In this document: piece after piece, positions 38,325 to 47,546 of the stretch
Position numbering within the stretch: position 1 is the first letter of the stretch
Layout: every line of letters begins with the position of its first letter
From: Promethearchaeota archaeon
GTDB lineage: Archaea > Asgardarchaeota > Lokiarchaeia > Sigyniarchaeales > SOKP01
Length of the DNA: 64,000 nucleotides
Assembly (NCBI GenBank): GCA_019058295.1
Contig: JAHPZI010000021.1
Span: 96,001-160,000 of the forward strand
Direction: 5' to 3'
Notes under the pieces: model-generated
Databases searched by the model: none
What the model saw: the letters and a program-made list of their open reading frames with translations, nothing else
What the model was told of the DNA's origin: nothing
Program-made: the position numbers and the translations under genes

Positions 38325-40160
38325 ATGGAAAGCAAATTAAATCAAGAAAATCAATATTTAAAATCTATTTTTGACTCAATTTTCGATGAAATAATGATTC
38401 TTGATAGAAACTACCAAATATTAGATGTGAATAAGACATTCTGCGATAAATATAATGTTTCAAAAGAGGATGCTATAGGATCAAAATGTTATAACTTAAC
38501 ACATGGAATTAATATGGTTTGTAAACCACCTGAATGTATCTGCCCTGTAGAAAATGTTTTAAAAACAGGAGAATTCTGTGAATCAATTCATTCCCATCAT
38601 ATAGATGGAGATATAAAATATATAGAACTATTAGCTTTTCCAATTAAGGTTAATGGTGGTTCTATTGAGCAAATTGTAAAAATTGGAAGAGATATTACAG
38701 ATAAGATCAAAGCAAAAAATATATTAAAAGCTTCCGAAGATAAATTTCGAAATTTATTTGAAAAGTTACCTTTTTCAATATTCCTATTAGATTCAAATTA
38801 TAAGATCATTGAATGTAATAGCATATCAGAAATATATATGAATGAATCTAAAAATGAATTAATAGGTATGAATTTCATAAATCTTTTTTCAATCTCGAAA
38901 AAAAAGGTTAAAGAAATCAATGAGATTTTAACAAATGTCATTAAATTTGATTTAAGTGAAATTTTAGAATTGAAATTTATTAATTATAATGGGCAATTAG
39001 CTTGGGCGGAACTTTTCTTTTCATCTGTAATTCTAAGGAATGAAAAATATATCCAAATCATTTTACAAGATATTACTGAAAGAAAATTAATAGAAGATAT
39101 TATAAAGAAAGAGAACCAGAAATTAAGAGAATTAGATCAATTAAAAAAGCAATTAATGGCTCAATTATCAGAAAAATTGAAGTCTCCACTAAATAATATT
39201 TTTGATATTACTGAAATTCTTCTGAATTCCTACAGAGAACAATTGGATGATGAAATTATAGAACTTTTGGATATGATCAAAAAAGGAGGAGAAAGATCAA
39301 TTGATATGGTTGGAAAAATGCTTGAGATCTCAAAAATTGAGGCTGATAAGCTTGAACTTAACTTTCAAACAGAAAATTTATTTGAAATTATTAAGGATTC
39401 AGTGAAAGAAATTAATGATCAAATAAAAAATCAAAATATTATTCTAAATTTAAATCTTACAGAGGATTTGTACTCTGATATCGATAAAATTAGAATTAAA
39501 TATATAATTAAATACTTGTTAACAAGTATCATTAAAGCCAAATCCTTAAAAAAAGAAATAATTGTTTCATTGATTCAAAATAACCATAATGCTGAAATAT
39601 CAACTTCTTTTAGTGGTATTGGTATAAAAAAATTAAAATCTCTTTCTGAGTTGGAATTCTCAAGAGAAATCATTGATCTACATGGAGGCAATTTAATTAT
39701 TAATTCTGAAAGTAAGAAAAAGGAAACCAATATTGTAATAAAATTACCTCTAAAAAATTGGAAGGAATCTTTAATTCATATTTACATTATATATAGGTCT
39801 GGAATCCCACTATTCGATTATTCCTTTATTGAAAAGACTAAAGCTGACAATACTACTCTAATTTCAGGGAGCATTATTGGTATGATGACTCTTTTAAAGG
39901 CAATAATACATGGGAAAAAACAGATCAAAACAATTGATCATGGGGATAGGAAATTAATGTTTGAGATGAATAGCACTAATGATGTGTCTTTTATTCTATT
40001 AGTTAAAGAGGATTTACACATATTGAGAAAAAAATTGAATGATTTAATTGAAGTTTTCGATAAAAAATATAGATATTTAATCAAAAAAATAGATATGACT
40101 CATAGTATTAGTAATTTATGGGAAGAACTCCATGTACTTATTGAAAAATTTTTTGGATAA
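38325..40160 (+). CDS. PAS-PAS-degenerate histidine kinase with C-terminal longin-like domain
   Basis: Two PAS; H-box reads LSEKLKSPL (no His); eroded N/G boxes; HIYIIYRSGIPLF...LISG longin-like tail. Confidence 0.75.
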   Translation: MESKLNQENQYLKSIFDSIFDEIMILDRNYQILDVNKTFCDKYNVSKEDAIGSKCYNLTHGINMVCKPPECICPVENVLKTGEFCESIHSHHIDGDIKYIELLAFPIKVNGGSIEQIVKIGRDITDKIKAKNILKASEDKFRNLFEKLPFSIFLLDSNYKIIECNSISEIYMNESKNELIGMNFINLFSISKKKVKEINEILTNVIKFDLSEILELKFINYNGQLAWAELFFSSVILRNEKYIQIILQDITERKLIEDIIKKENQKLRELDQLKKQLMAQLSEKLKSPLNNIFDITEILLNSYREQLDDEIIELLDMIKKGGERSIDMVGKMLEISKIEADKLELNFQTENLFEIIKDSVKEINDQIKNQNIILNLNLTEDLYSDIDKIRIKYIIKYLLTSIIKAKSLKKEIIVSLIQNNHNAEISTSFSGIGIKKLKSLSELEFSREIIDLHGGNLIINSESKKKETNIVIKLPLKNWKESLIHIYIIYRSGIPLFDYSFIEKTKADNTTLISGSIIGMMTLLKAIIHGKKQIKTIDHGDRKLMFEMNSTNDVSFILLVKEDLHILRKKLNDLIEVFDKKYRYLIKKIDMTHSISNLWEELHVLIEKFFG

Positions 40161-40200
40161 ATTAAAAAAAATATGTGTTATTGAGATTAAGGCAAAATAG

Positions 40201-41100
40201 GTGGTTGAAATTACTACAATAAATGGGAAAGTAAGTCATCATTATATCTGTCCTGAATGTGGTGGTAGTATCATATTAGATCAAGAGAGAGGTGAAACCG
40301 TTTGTAGTCAATGTGGGTTGATAATTAATGATAAGTTTTTTATTACTTCATATTCTGAGAAAAGGGCATTTACTCGAGAAGAAAAATCTAGAAAGTCGAG
40401 GACTGGAATATTAATTTCTCCTTTATTATCAGATTTAGGATTATGCACGTTAATTGATAAAAAGAACATTAATAATCCTGATTTAAAAAGGGCTGTGAAG
40501 AGGGATTCATATTTAACATGGAAAAAAAGGAATTTATTGATTGCATCAATAGAATTAAAAAGGCTTAGTACAAATTTAGGGATTCCTTGCCATGTAATAA
40601 GTGTGGCATTAAGGTTCTATAAAGAAATTTTTAAAAACAATTTGTTAAAAGGTAGAACCATTAAAGGGATGGTTGCTGCGTGTTTATACGCTGCGTGCCG
40701 GAATGAAAATCTACCAAGAACATTTCAAGAGATATTAAATGAATCTCCGATTAGTTGTAAGACAATTAAAAAATGTTTTAAAATAGTACTCAACTACTTC
40801 AATTTAAAATTGCCACAAGCAAACATAATCTCTTTTATTCCTAGATATACTTCGGCACTAGGTCTAAATAATGATGTTGAAAAATTCGTTATAAAAATTT
40901 TACAAAGTTATTTAAGAAAGGTATCTAATAATGGCAAAAATCCAAAAGGACTCTACGCTGGTGCAATTTACCTTGCTTCAAAACTAAAAAATTCTGGGGT
41001 GACGCAAAAGGAAATCTGTGAAGTCGTAGATACGACCGAAGTCACGCTCAGGTCTAGATACAAAGAGATTATTGAGAATATTAATTTCTTGACAATTTAG
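40201..41100 (+). CDS. tfb: Transcription initiation factor IIB (TFB) paralogue
   Basis: CPECG..ERGETVCSQCG ribbon, KGRTI, GKNPKG..AGAIY, TEVTLRSRYKE. Confidence 0.92.
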   Translation: MVEITTINGKVSHHYICPECGGSIILDQERGETVCSQCGLIINDKFFITSYSEKRAFTREEKSRKSRTGILISPLLSDLGLCTLIDKKNINNPDLKRAVKRDSYLTWKKRNLLIASIELKRLSTNLGIPCHVISVALRFYKEIFKNNLLKGRTIKGMVAACLYAACRNENLPRTFQEILNESPISCKTIKKCFKIVLNYFNLKLPQANIISFIPRYTSALGLNNDVEKFVIKILQSYLRKVSNNGKNPKGLYAGAIYLASKLKNSGVTQKEICEVVDTTEVTLRSRYKEIIENINFLTI

Positions 41101-41141
41101 ATATAATGAAATTTTAAATTAAATAAAAACTATTAGTTTAT

Positions 41142-41417
41142 TTATTTCCTTAAAGCTTTTTCATCAATTTTTCCAATCACATTTAAAGGTAAATTATCGG
41201 AAATTTCAATTATTTTAGGTAACTTGTATTTAGCTAAATTGTCTTGAGCGTATTTTAAAATATCTGCTTTTGTCTCTTCATTATTCTCGTATCCTTCTTT
41301 CAAAAGTACATAAAATTTGACAATTTCGGAGCTTGAACGATCTGGATTGGGTAATCCCTCGCATTCACAAAGCTCAATTGGAGGATGTATATTGTATACT
41401 ATTTTTTTAAGTTTCAA
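41142..41417 (-). pseudogene. C-terminal fragment of an acyl-CoA synthetase
   Basis: GLPNPDR.SSEIVK.YV.LK, LAKYKLPK, LPLNVIGKIDEKALR; the large N-terminal domain is missing. Confidence 0.75.
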
Positions 41418-41465
41418 TTTTAATAAAAGATAAGATAATAAATAAATCAGGCTGCCTTAAAAAAA

Positions 41466-41855
41466 CTATTTATTCATAGAAATCTGAGGTTTTTTTATCC
41501 TTAGTGCCTTTTCAATGTTCTCTATTAATTTTTTATTTGAAAAAGGTTTCGTTTTAAAGCACAAAACTCCAATAGAAAGTGCAATTTCCTTAATGGTAGT
41601 ATCGGCACTTGCGAATATTATTTTTGCCTCACTATTGATACTAAGAATCTCTTTTGAGGCTTCAATTCCGCTCTTAATAGGCATTCGATGGTCCATTATG
41701 ATAATATCTGGCTTTATGGGGAAATTTTTATACATTTCTACTGCTTCCTTTCCATTTTTAGCAGTGCCAATAACATCAAAGCCAGAGGCTCTCAGCAATA
41801 TCTCATATAATTGCAGTATTGCTAATTCATCCTCAACAATAAAGATAGATGCTAT
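41466..41855 (-). CDS. Single-domain response regulator (CheY-like REC); probable ATA start
   Basis: IASIFIVEDE acidic pocket is upstream of the track's TTG; IMDHRMP, FASAD, KPF. Confidence 0.88.
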   Translation of the reverse strand: MASIFIVEDELAILQLYEILLRASGFDVIGTAKNGKEAVEMYKNFPIKPDIIIMDHRMPIKSGIEASKEILSINSEAKIIFASADTTIKEIALSIGVLCFKTKPFSNKKLIENIEKALRIKKPQISMNK

Positions 41856-41856
41856 T

Positions 41857-44800
41857 TTATATCAGCTCCGGAATTAATATAATAAAATTGCTTCCTTGTG
41901 AGGGATCTCCTTTAACTTTATCTTCTACCCAAATATCTCCATTGTATTCTGATAAAACTCTTTTTACAAGTAATAATCCCAATCCCATACCATGAGTTTT
42001 TTCCTTTCGATCAGAAATCCCTTTGAAGATATGTTCTTTCATTACATCTGGAACACCAATTCCATTATCGATGAATTCAAATTTTGCATAATTAGTACCA
42101 TTTTTAAACTCTCGAGAGATTTTTACAAAGATTTCAATTCTCTTATTCTCATTATATTTAATACCATTAAAAAGGATATTTTCAAAGACATCTAATAAGA
42201 GTTGGTTTGCGTTGACCTTAACTTCTTTGATCTGGGATTCAATAGCAATATTTATGTCTTTATTGGGGAGGCTTTTGTGAATAAAGCCCTTTGCTTCTTT
42301 TAAGATTTGAATTCCATCAACTTTTTCCAGAGGACTCACTGTTTCTGTAATTTCTGAGAGTTTTCTAATATTTGAAACGAGTTTTGATCCCCTTATTAAT
42401 TGATCATTAATAATTATCATTAATTCGTTGATCTTATTTATTTTCTCAGGTTTATTTTCCCACATTGAAAGGAGCCCTAAAGAGGATTGTATATTTTGAA
42501 GTATATTACTTATATCATGAGCAAATAAATCCTTATAGAATTCCGCTCGCTCATAAGCCTCCCGAAAATCTTCTTCGGATTTTTTTAATTTCTGTTCGGC
42601 CACCACCTCTTCTGTAATATCTCTTGCGATACATAAAATTCCTTCGGTTATTGGATACACACTTACTTCATAGTGTCCTATATGACCATTAGGAAGATTA
42701 AATGAATCCCTCACACGGTTTGGGATTCTTGAATTCATTACATCTTCGTATGTCTTAAAGAAGGGAGTTTGTTCTATACCCGGAAACACGTCAGTTATTT
42801 TATGCCCTAACAAATTATCTCTTGGCATATTAACTAATTTTTCAGCTAATTTATTAACTAAGGTGTATACCCAATCTCGATTTATCGCGTAAACTCCATC
42901 TGTTATAGATTCTAAAAGCATCTCATAGCGTTCTGACATTGTACGGTATTTTTCTTCAGATTCTTTTAAGTTTTCTTCAGCATTTTTCTGCTCAGTTATA
43001 TCTATAAATATTTCTTGAACTGCTGGTTTATTATTAAAAGTAATGAGTGAAGCATATATTTCAACAATTCGAGGAGTACCATCTTTTCGAATAATACGAA
43101 ATTGATAATTTGGTGGAACTGGTTTTCCTTTTAAACGTTCCTTATGGCGATTTAAAACGAATTCTCTATCATCTGGATGTATTAGGCTTATAACTTCTTC
43201 TTTAGACATAGACAGTAAATCATCAACGCTATATCCCAAGATATTCGATAATGCCTTATTTGCGAATATAATTTGAACTTCTTGAAGAATACATATTCCT
43301 TGTAATGATTTTTCTACCAACATTCGATATTTTTCTTCTGATTCTTTTAATTTTTGTTCCGCTTTTTTGCGCTCTGTAATGTCCCTTATAAACATGACAA
43401 CCTTATTTTCAGAAAAATATAGAAAACGACCTTCATAATAATGTATCCCATCTTTCATTTGTAGTTTATATTCAAATATCTGTTGTTCTTTTGAATTAAT
43501 TGCTTTTTTAATATGTTCTGCGCTTACTCTACCCACTTCAGGAGGTAATATTTCTATAGCTTTTTTTCCTAGGAATTCCTCTGGAGGTATGTATAATTCT
43601 TCCATTTTGCCACTATATTCTAAAATGGTGGTATCAGCAGCCACTAAGAAAAATAAATCAGGTAGCGCTTCAAAAATAGCCCTAAATTTCTTTTCAGATT
43701 CTTTTAATTTTTGTTCTGCTTTCTTTCTTTCAGTGATATCTCTCATAATAGATAAATAAGTGTTTTCGTCCTTCTCTCCAATACTATCCATATTCAATAA
43801 TGCCGTAAAAGTGCTATTATCCTTCCGCCTTAATTCAACCTCAAAATCTCGAACAAAACCTTTTTCACTTAATATTTGAAATAATTCAGAACGTTGTTCA
43901 TTAGAAACATATGTATTTTGGATACCAACCATGTTTACCTCTTCCTTGCTATAACCAGTAATCTCTTGGAGAACCGAATTCATTTTTAGTACCTTTCCAG
44001 GAGACACAACTCCAATTCCTATTGGTGATTTTTCAAATAATAACCGATATGATTCTTCTGATTCTTTCAATTTTTGTTCTGTTTTTTTGCGATCGGAAAT
44101 ATCCCTAAGAATGGCTAAATCAGCAGGCTCTCCCTTCCATTCTGTTTTCGCGGCATTTATTTCAACACATACGTTGGGTCCATCCTTTTTAAGTAAAATT
44201 GTTTCATATTTTGCGAGGGTTGGTTTACCATCAATTCTTTTCTTAAATCTTTCCATAACCTTATTAATTTCATCAGGATGCAATAAATTTTTAATATTGA
44301 GTTTGAGCAATTCATCAATACTATAACCTGTTACCTCTGAAGCTCGCTCATTTGCATAAACAATTTTGCCTTCTCCCATTCCAATGAAAATACAGTCATT
44401 AGCATTATTAGCTATATCTCTAAAATTCTTCTCAGATTCTTTTAATTTTTCTTCAGCTTTTTTCTGTTCGGTTATATCCTGGATTATGGCTTGGAAAAAA
44501 TTTTCTCCTCGTATTGTTATATTAGCAATATCAGATTTAATCCTTGCAATTTCTCCATCTTTTCTTTTAACTTCTAATTCCTGTGGTTTTATTCCACCAC
44601 CTTTAGTTATTGCTTGAAATCTTTCTTTTAATACATTGATCATACTTTCCGAATAAAAAGGTAATTGTAAGTAATTTTGACCAATTAGTTCATCTCTTGA
44701 ATAACCAAATATGGTCTCAGTACCTGAATTGCAATCAATAATATTTCCAGTGAAATCAAGCAATGCAATTGCATTTGGCGAATTTTCATATATATTTCGA

Positions 44801-45237
44801 TATTTCTCTTCTGATTCTTTTAATTTTTGTTCTGCTCTCTTGCGTTCTGTAATATTACGCCATATTGCTTGTATATATTTCTTATTGTGTATATTTATTG
44901 CCTTGGCACTTACATAAACATCTATTATTTCACCGCTTTTTGTTATTTGTTTCGTTTCAAAGAGATCAGCTCCTTCTGTTAGAACTTTGAAAAAATGTCC
45001 CTTAACTTCTTCTGGTGTTTCGATAATTTCAAAGGCTGGTATCTTAAGTTTCTTAAATTCATCACGTGTATAGCCTAAGTTTTTATATGTTACATCATTG
45101 AAATCTACTAGTTCTCCTGTCTCTGGATCGATGAGTACAATTGAGTCTGCTGCTTGTTCGAATAAAGCGCGATATTTTATTTCACTATCCCTTAATAACT
45201 CATCATCATCATTTTCTTCATTTTTAGAATCGTTCAA
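41857..45237 (-). CDS. Soluble sensor histidine kinase: about 7 PAS + HisKA + HATPase
   Basis: DITERKKAEQKLKESE linkers; FAHDISNILQ; NILFNGIKY, DNGIG, GMGLGL. Confidence 0.93.
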   Translation of the reverse strand: MNDSKNEENDDDELLRDSEIKYRALFEQAADSIVLIDPETGELVDFNDVTYKNLGYTRDEFKKLKIPAFEIIETPEEVKGHFFKVLTEGADLFETKQITKSGEIIDVYVSAKAINIHNKKYIQAIWRNITERKRAEQKLKESEEKYRNIYENSPNAIALLDFTGNIIDCNSGTETIFGYSRDELIGQNYLQLPFYSESMINVLKERFQAITKGGGIKPQELEVKRKDGEIARIKSDIANITIRGENFFQAIIQDITEQKKAEEKLKESEKNFRDIANNANDCIFIGMGEGKIVYANERASEVTGYSIDELLKLNIKNLLHPDEINKVMERFKKRIDGKPTLAKYETILLKKDGPNVCVEINAAKTEWKGEPADLAILRDISDRKKTEQKLKESEESYRLLFEKSPIGIGVVSPGKVLKMNSVLQEITGYSKEEVNMVGIQNTYVSNEQRSELFQILSEKGFVRDFEVELRRKDNSTFTALLNMDSIGEKDENTYLSIMRDITERKKAEQKLKESEKKFRAIFEALPDLFFLVAADTTILEYSGKMEELYIPPEEFLGKKAIEILPPEVGRVSAEHIKKAINSKEQQIFEYKLQMKDGIHYYEGRFLYFSENKVVMFIRDITERKKAEQKLKESEEKYRMLVEKSLQGICILQEVQIIFANKALSNILGYSVDDLLSMSKEEVISLIHPDDREFVLNRHKERLKGKPVPPNYQFRIIRKDGTPRIVEIYASLITFNNKPAVQEIFIDITEQKNAEENLKESEEKYRTMSERYEMLLESITDGVYAINRDWVYTLVNKLAEKLVNMPRDNLLGHKITDVFPGIEQTPFFKTYEDVMNSRIPNRVRDSFNLPNGHIGHYEVSVYPITEGILCIARDITEEVVAEQKLKKSEEDFREAYERAEFYKDLFAHDISNILQNIQSSLGLLSMWENKPEKINKINELMIIINDQLIRGSKLVSNIRKLSEITETVSPLEKVDGIQILKEAKGFIHKSLPNKDINIAIESQIKEVKVNANQLLLDVFENILFNGIKYNENKRIEIFVKISREFKNGTNYAKFEFIDNGIGVPDVMKEHIFKGISDRKEKTHGMGLGLLLVKRVLSEYNGDIWVEDKVKGDPSQGSNFIILIPELI

Positions 45238-45366
45238 ATTTATTCCCTTTTTTTCATAATTTTATTTTTTTTAATATTATTTATTCTCCTTAAATCTTAT
45301 TTCATCTCGAAAATTTATACTTTTGTTTTAACAAAAATAAGAAACTTAAATAGAGGAGATTTCAAA

Positions 45367-45490
45367 ATGAAAAAAAAAAAGAAAATATACCATCATCACA
45401 GTTATTCTCATTATTTTAATTATCCCAATTCTTATTGGAATATACAAAGAATATCTGTTTGTAAGAGCTTTATTTTTTGGTATAAATTAA
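45367..45490 (+). pseudogene. Small single-TM protein frameshifted in an A11 tract
   Basis: GAGGAG RBS and ATG; removing one A gives MKKKRKYTIITVILIILIIPILIGIYKEYLFVRALFFGIN*, ending at 45490 next to the lysZ stop. Confidence 0.55.
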
Positions 45491-45492
45491 AA

Positions 45493-46302
45493 TTAAACAG
45501 TTATAGTTGTGCAATTATCATTATTAAGAGCTTTGATAATTGGATTCTCTCGTAGACCAGAAGCGATAATTACTTGCTTAATTCCTTCACTGGCAGATTT
45601 TAGGGCGACAACAACCTTGGTTTTCATACCTCCAGTTACATTTTCAAGGATTAATTCAGAGTTTTGCCTATTTATATGATTAATAAGGTTCTTATTTTTA
45701 TCTAATACTCCATCTACATCAGTTAAAAGGATTAGTTTATCTGCTTTAGTCGCTACTGCGATTGCATCAGACATTCTATCACTATCACCACCAACAATCT
45801 CATTATCTTCGCTGATAGCAACAGAAGCTATAACTGGGATATAATTTTTCTCCCAGAGAATTTCGATTAATCTGGTATTCACTTTAGTTGGTTTCCCCGT
45901 GTAATTATCCTTAAGCTTTCTTTTACCATTCAAAATAACCATTGCTTTTTTAAATCTTTCAGCTATTATTAGACCCCCATCTACTCCCGATATACCAACA
46001 GCCGGGAGATCCTTAGCAAGCATTTCTTTTACAAGGCGTTTATTATTTAGGCCCGCAACCACCATAATATAAATATCTCTGGTTTCCTCGTCTACATAAC
46101 GAGCTTTGTAACCTTTCGTAGAGTGAGTAAAAATCTGGGGTTTACCCATCTTTTCAGCCACAGCTGTAATTACATCAGCTCCAGCATGACATAAAATTAA
46201 TTTCTTGTTTTCAGCATGTAGTTTTACTAAATCTGAGATCAGAAAATCTAGGTTTTCCTTTACTAAATCTCCTCCCACTTTAATAACAATCTTTTCTGAC
46301 AT
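45493..46302 (-). CDS. lysZ: [LysW]-aminoadipate/glutamate kinase-like (amino acid kinase family)
   Basis: IVIKVGG, G+SGVDG, DNYTGK, LTDVDGV, GGMKTKV. Confidence 0.8.
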   Translation of the reverse strand: MSEKIVIKVGGDLVKENLDFLISDLVKLHAENKKLILCHAGADVITAVAEKMGKPQIFTHSTKGYKARYVDEETRDIYIMVVAGLNNKRLVKEMLAKDLPAVGISGVDGGLIIAERFKKAMVILNGKRKLKDNYTGKPTKVNTRLIEILWEKNYIPVIASVAISEDNEIVGGDSDRMSDAIAVATKADKLILLTDVDGVLDKNKNLINHINRQNSELILENVTGGMKTKVVVALKSASEGIKQVIIASGLRENPIIKALNNDNCTTITV

Positions 46303-46323
46303 CTTTCTTAACTTCCTTTTCTA

Positions 46324-47520
46324 TTATTCTAAATTGCTAACAGCACATTCCACAATTCCACGAGCTACTTTACCTTCGCTAAATACATGTGTTAGATCCC
46401 CAAAATCAATGGTAGCATTAGCTTCACTCGCAAAAAGATTTGCCTTGCTAGTTCCATCAATAAGCAACTCTTTTATTTCATGATAGATCTCTAATTTCAT
46501 ATACCTATCCATATCTGAATGGAATTTTTTATCTTTGGCTTCAAAATCTACTTTAAATCGTTTTTTCATGTGAGTCAATTTGAATTCTTCCGAACTTTTT
46601 AGTTGGTTTCCAAGATCTCTTATATTATTTCTTAGATCTATATCATCGGAATTAACTAATATATCAATGCCTAAAAGTATGCCCCGATCTTTAACCCCAT
46701 CCAGTTTAGTAGCACCGTCTAACACAGACTGGCACATTTTAAATGAGAAAGTTTTTATTCTATCGGAGATTTCGAATTTAACTGAAGGGTTACCTTGAGA
46801 GGTGTTTGCCACGATACATTCCTTCATTGGTATTCTAAATAATGCGGCAAAGATTTCTAAAGGTGAACCTTTCTTTTTACCAACGACGACTCTAATATCA
46901 GCAATATGAGACTTATATTGTTGAACATATAACCCCCATGGATTTGCAAGGATTCTCTCATCTTTAAATAAATATTCATCTAATTCTTCCCGGTTTTTAA
47001 GAAATGTAACCCTCCAGCCTCGACCCCCCCCAGTTGGTTTAATTACAACGGGATATTCAAACTGGCTTTCAATTGTATCTACAATTGATTTTCTAATCTC
47101 TCTAACTTTCAATCTTGGATGATTTGTGATAGGAATCCAGATTGTTGGTGTTGACTGAATCCCCGCTGCTTCAAAGCATGCAGTAGTCAGTGTCTTATTA
47201 TCGCAAATATTTGTAACGGAGGGATTATTAAATAATTCATACCCATTGAGAGTTAACATTGGCTGAATATAATTAACTTGAGACATTAAGCCTATTCGGT
47301 TAATAATGACTGAGTCTTTTTTATAGCTCTTTATAGGATTCAGCAAAGACCAACCCTTATCTTCCACAGAAAATATTTGATGTGAGTATCCTAAATCCTC
47401 TGAGGCTTGTTGAATTCTTTTAATTTCTAACCAATCGCTTCTATATCCCGATAATATTATTATATCCGGCATTTTAGATGTCTTAATTTTTACTTCAGTT
47501 GTACTTATATAAATTGACAC
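46324..47520 (-). CDS. lysX: RimK/LysX-family ATP-grasp ligase, divergent
   Basis: CDNK..T, YPVVIKPTGGGRG, YVQQY, DIRVVV, ANTSQG, GIDIL, EAN; adjacent to the lysZ-like gene. Confidence 0.7.
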   Translation of the reverse strand: MSIYISTTEVKIKTSKMPDIIILSGYRSDWLEIKRIQQASEDLGYSHQIFSVEDKGWSLLNPIKSYKKDSVIINRIGLMSQVNYIQPMLTLNGYELFNNPSVTNICDNKTLTTACFEAAGIQSTPTIWIPITNHPRLKVREIRKSIVDTIESQFEYPVVIKPTGGGRGWRVTFLKNREELDEYLFKDERILANPWGLYVQQYKSHIADIRVVVGKKKGSPLEIFAALFRIPMKECIVANTSQGNPSVKFEISDRIKTFSFKMCQSVLDGATKLDGVKDRGILLGIDILVNSDDIDLRNNIRDLGNQLKSSEEFKLTHMKKRFKVDFEAKDKKFHSDMDRYMKLEIYHEIKELLIDGTSKANLFASEANATIDFGDLTHVFSEGKVARGIVECAVSNLE

Positions 47521-47546
47521 TTACTAAAGAAATTTATGCAATTAAG

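Noticed and set aside
25144-45492. Signalling cluster as a bona fide mobile element
   Set aside because: No integrase, transposase, terminal repeats or target duplication found at its edges; only the split lys genes hint at insertion.
45367-45555. 62-aa ORF as given in the track
   Set aside because: Overlaps lysZ and has implausible composition; better explained by a one-base shift in the A11 tract.
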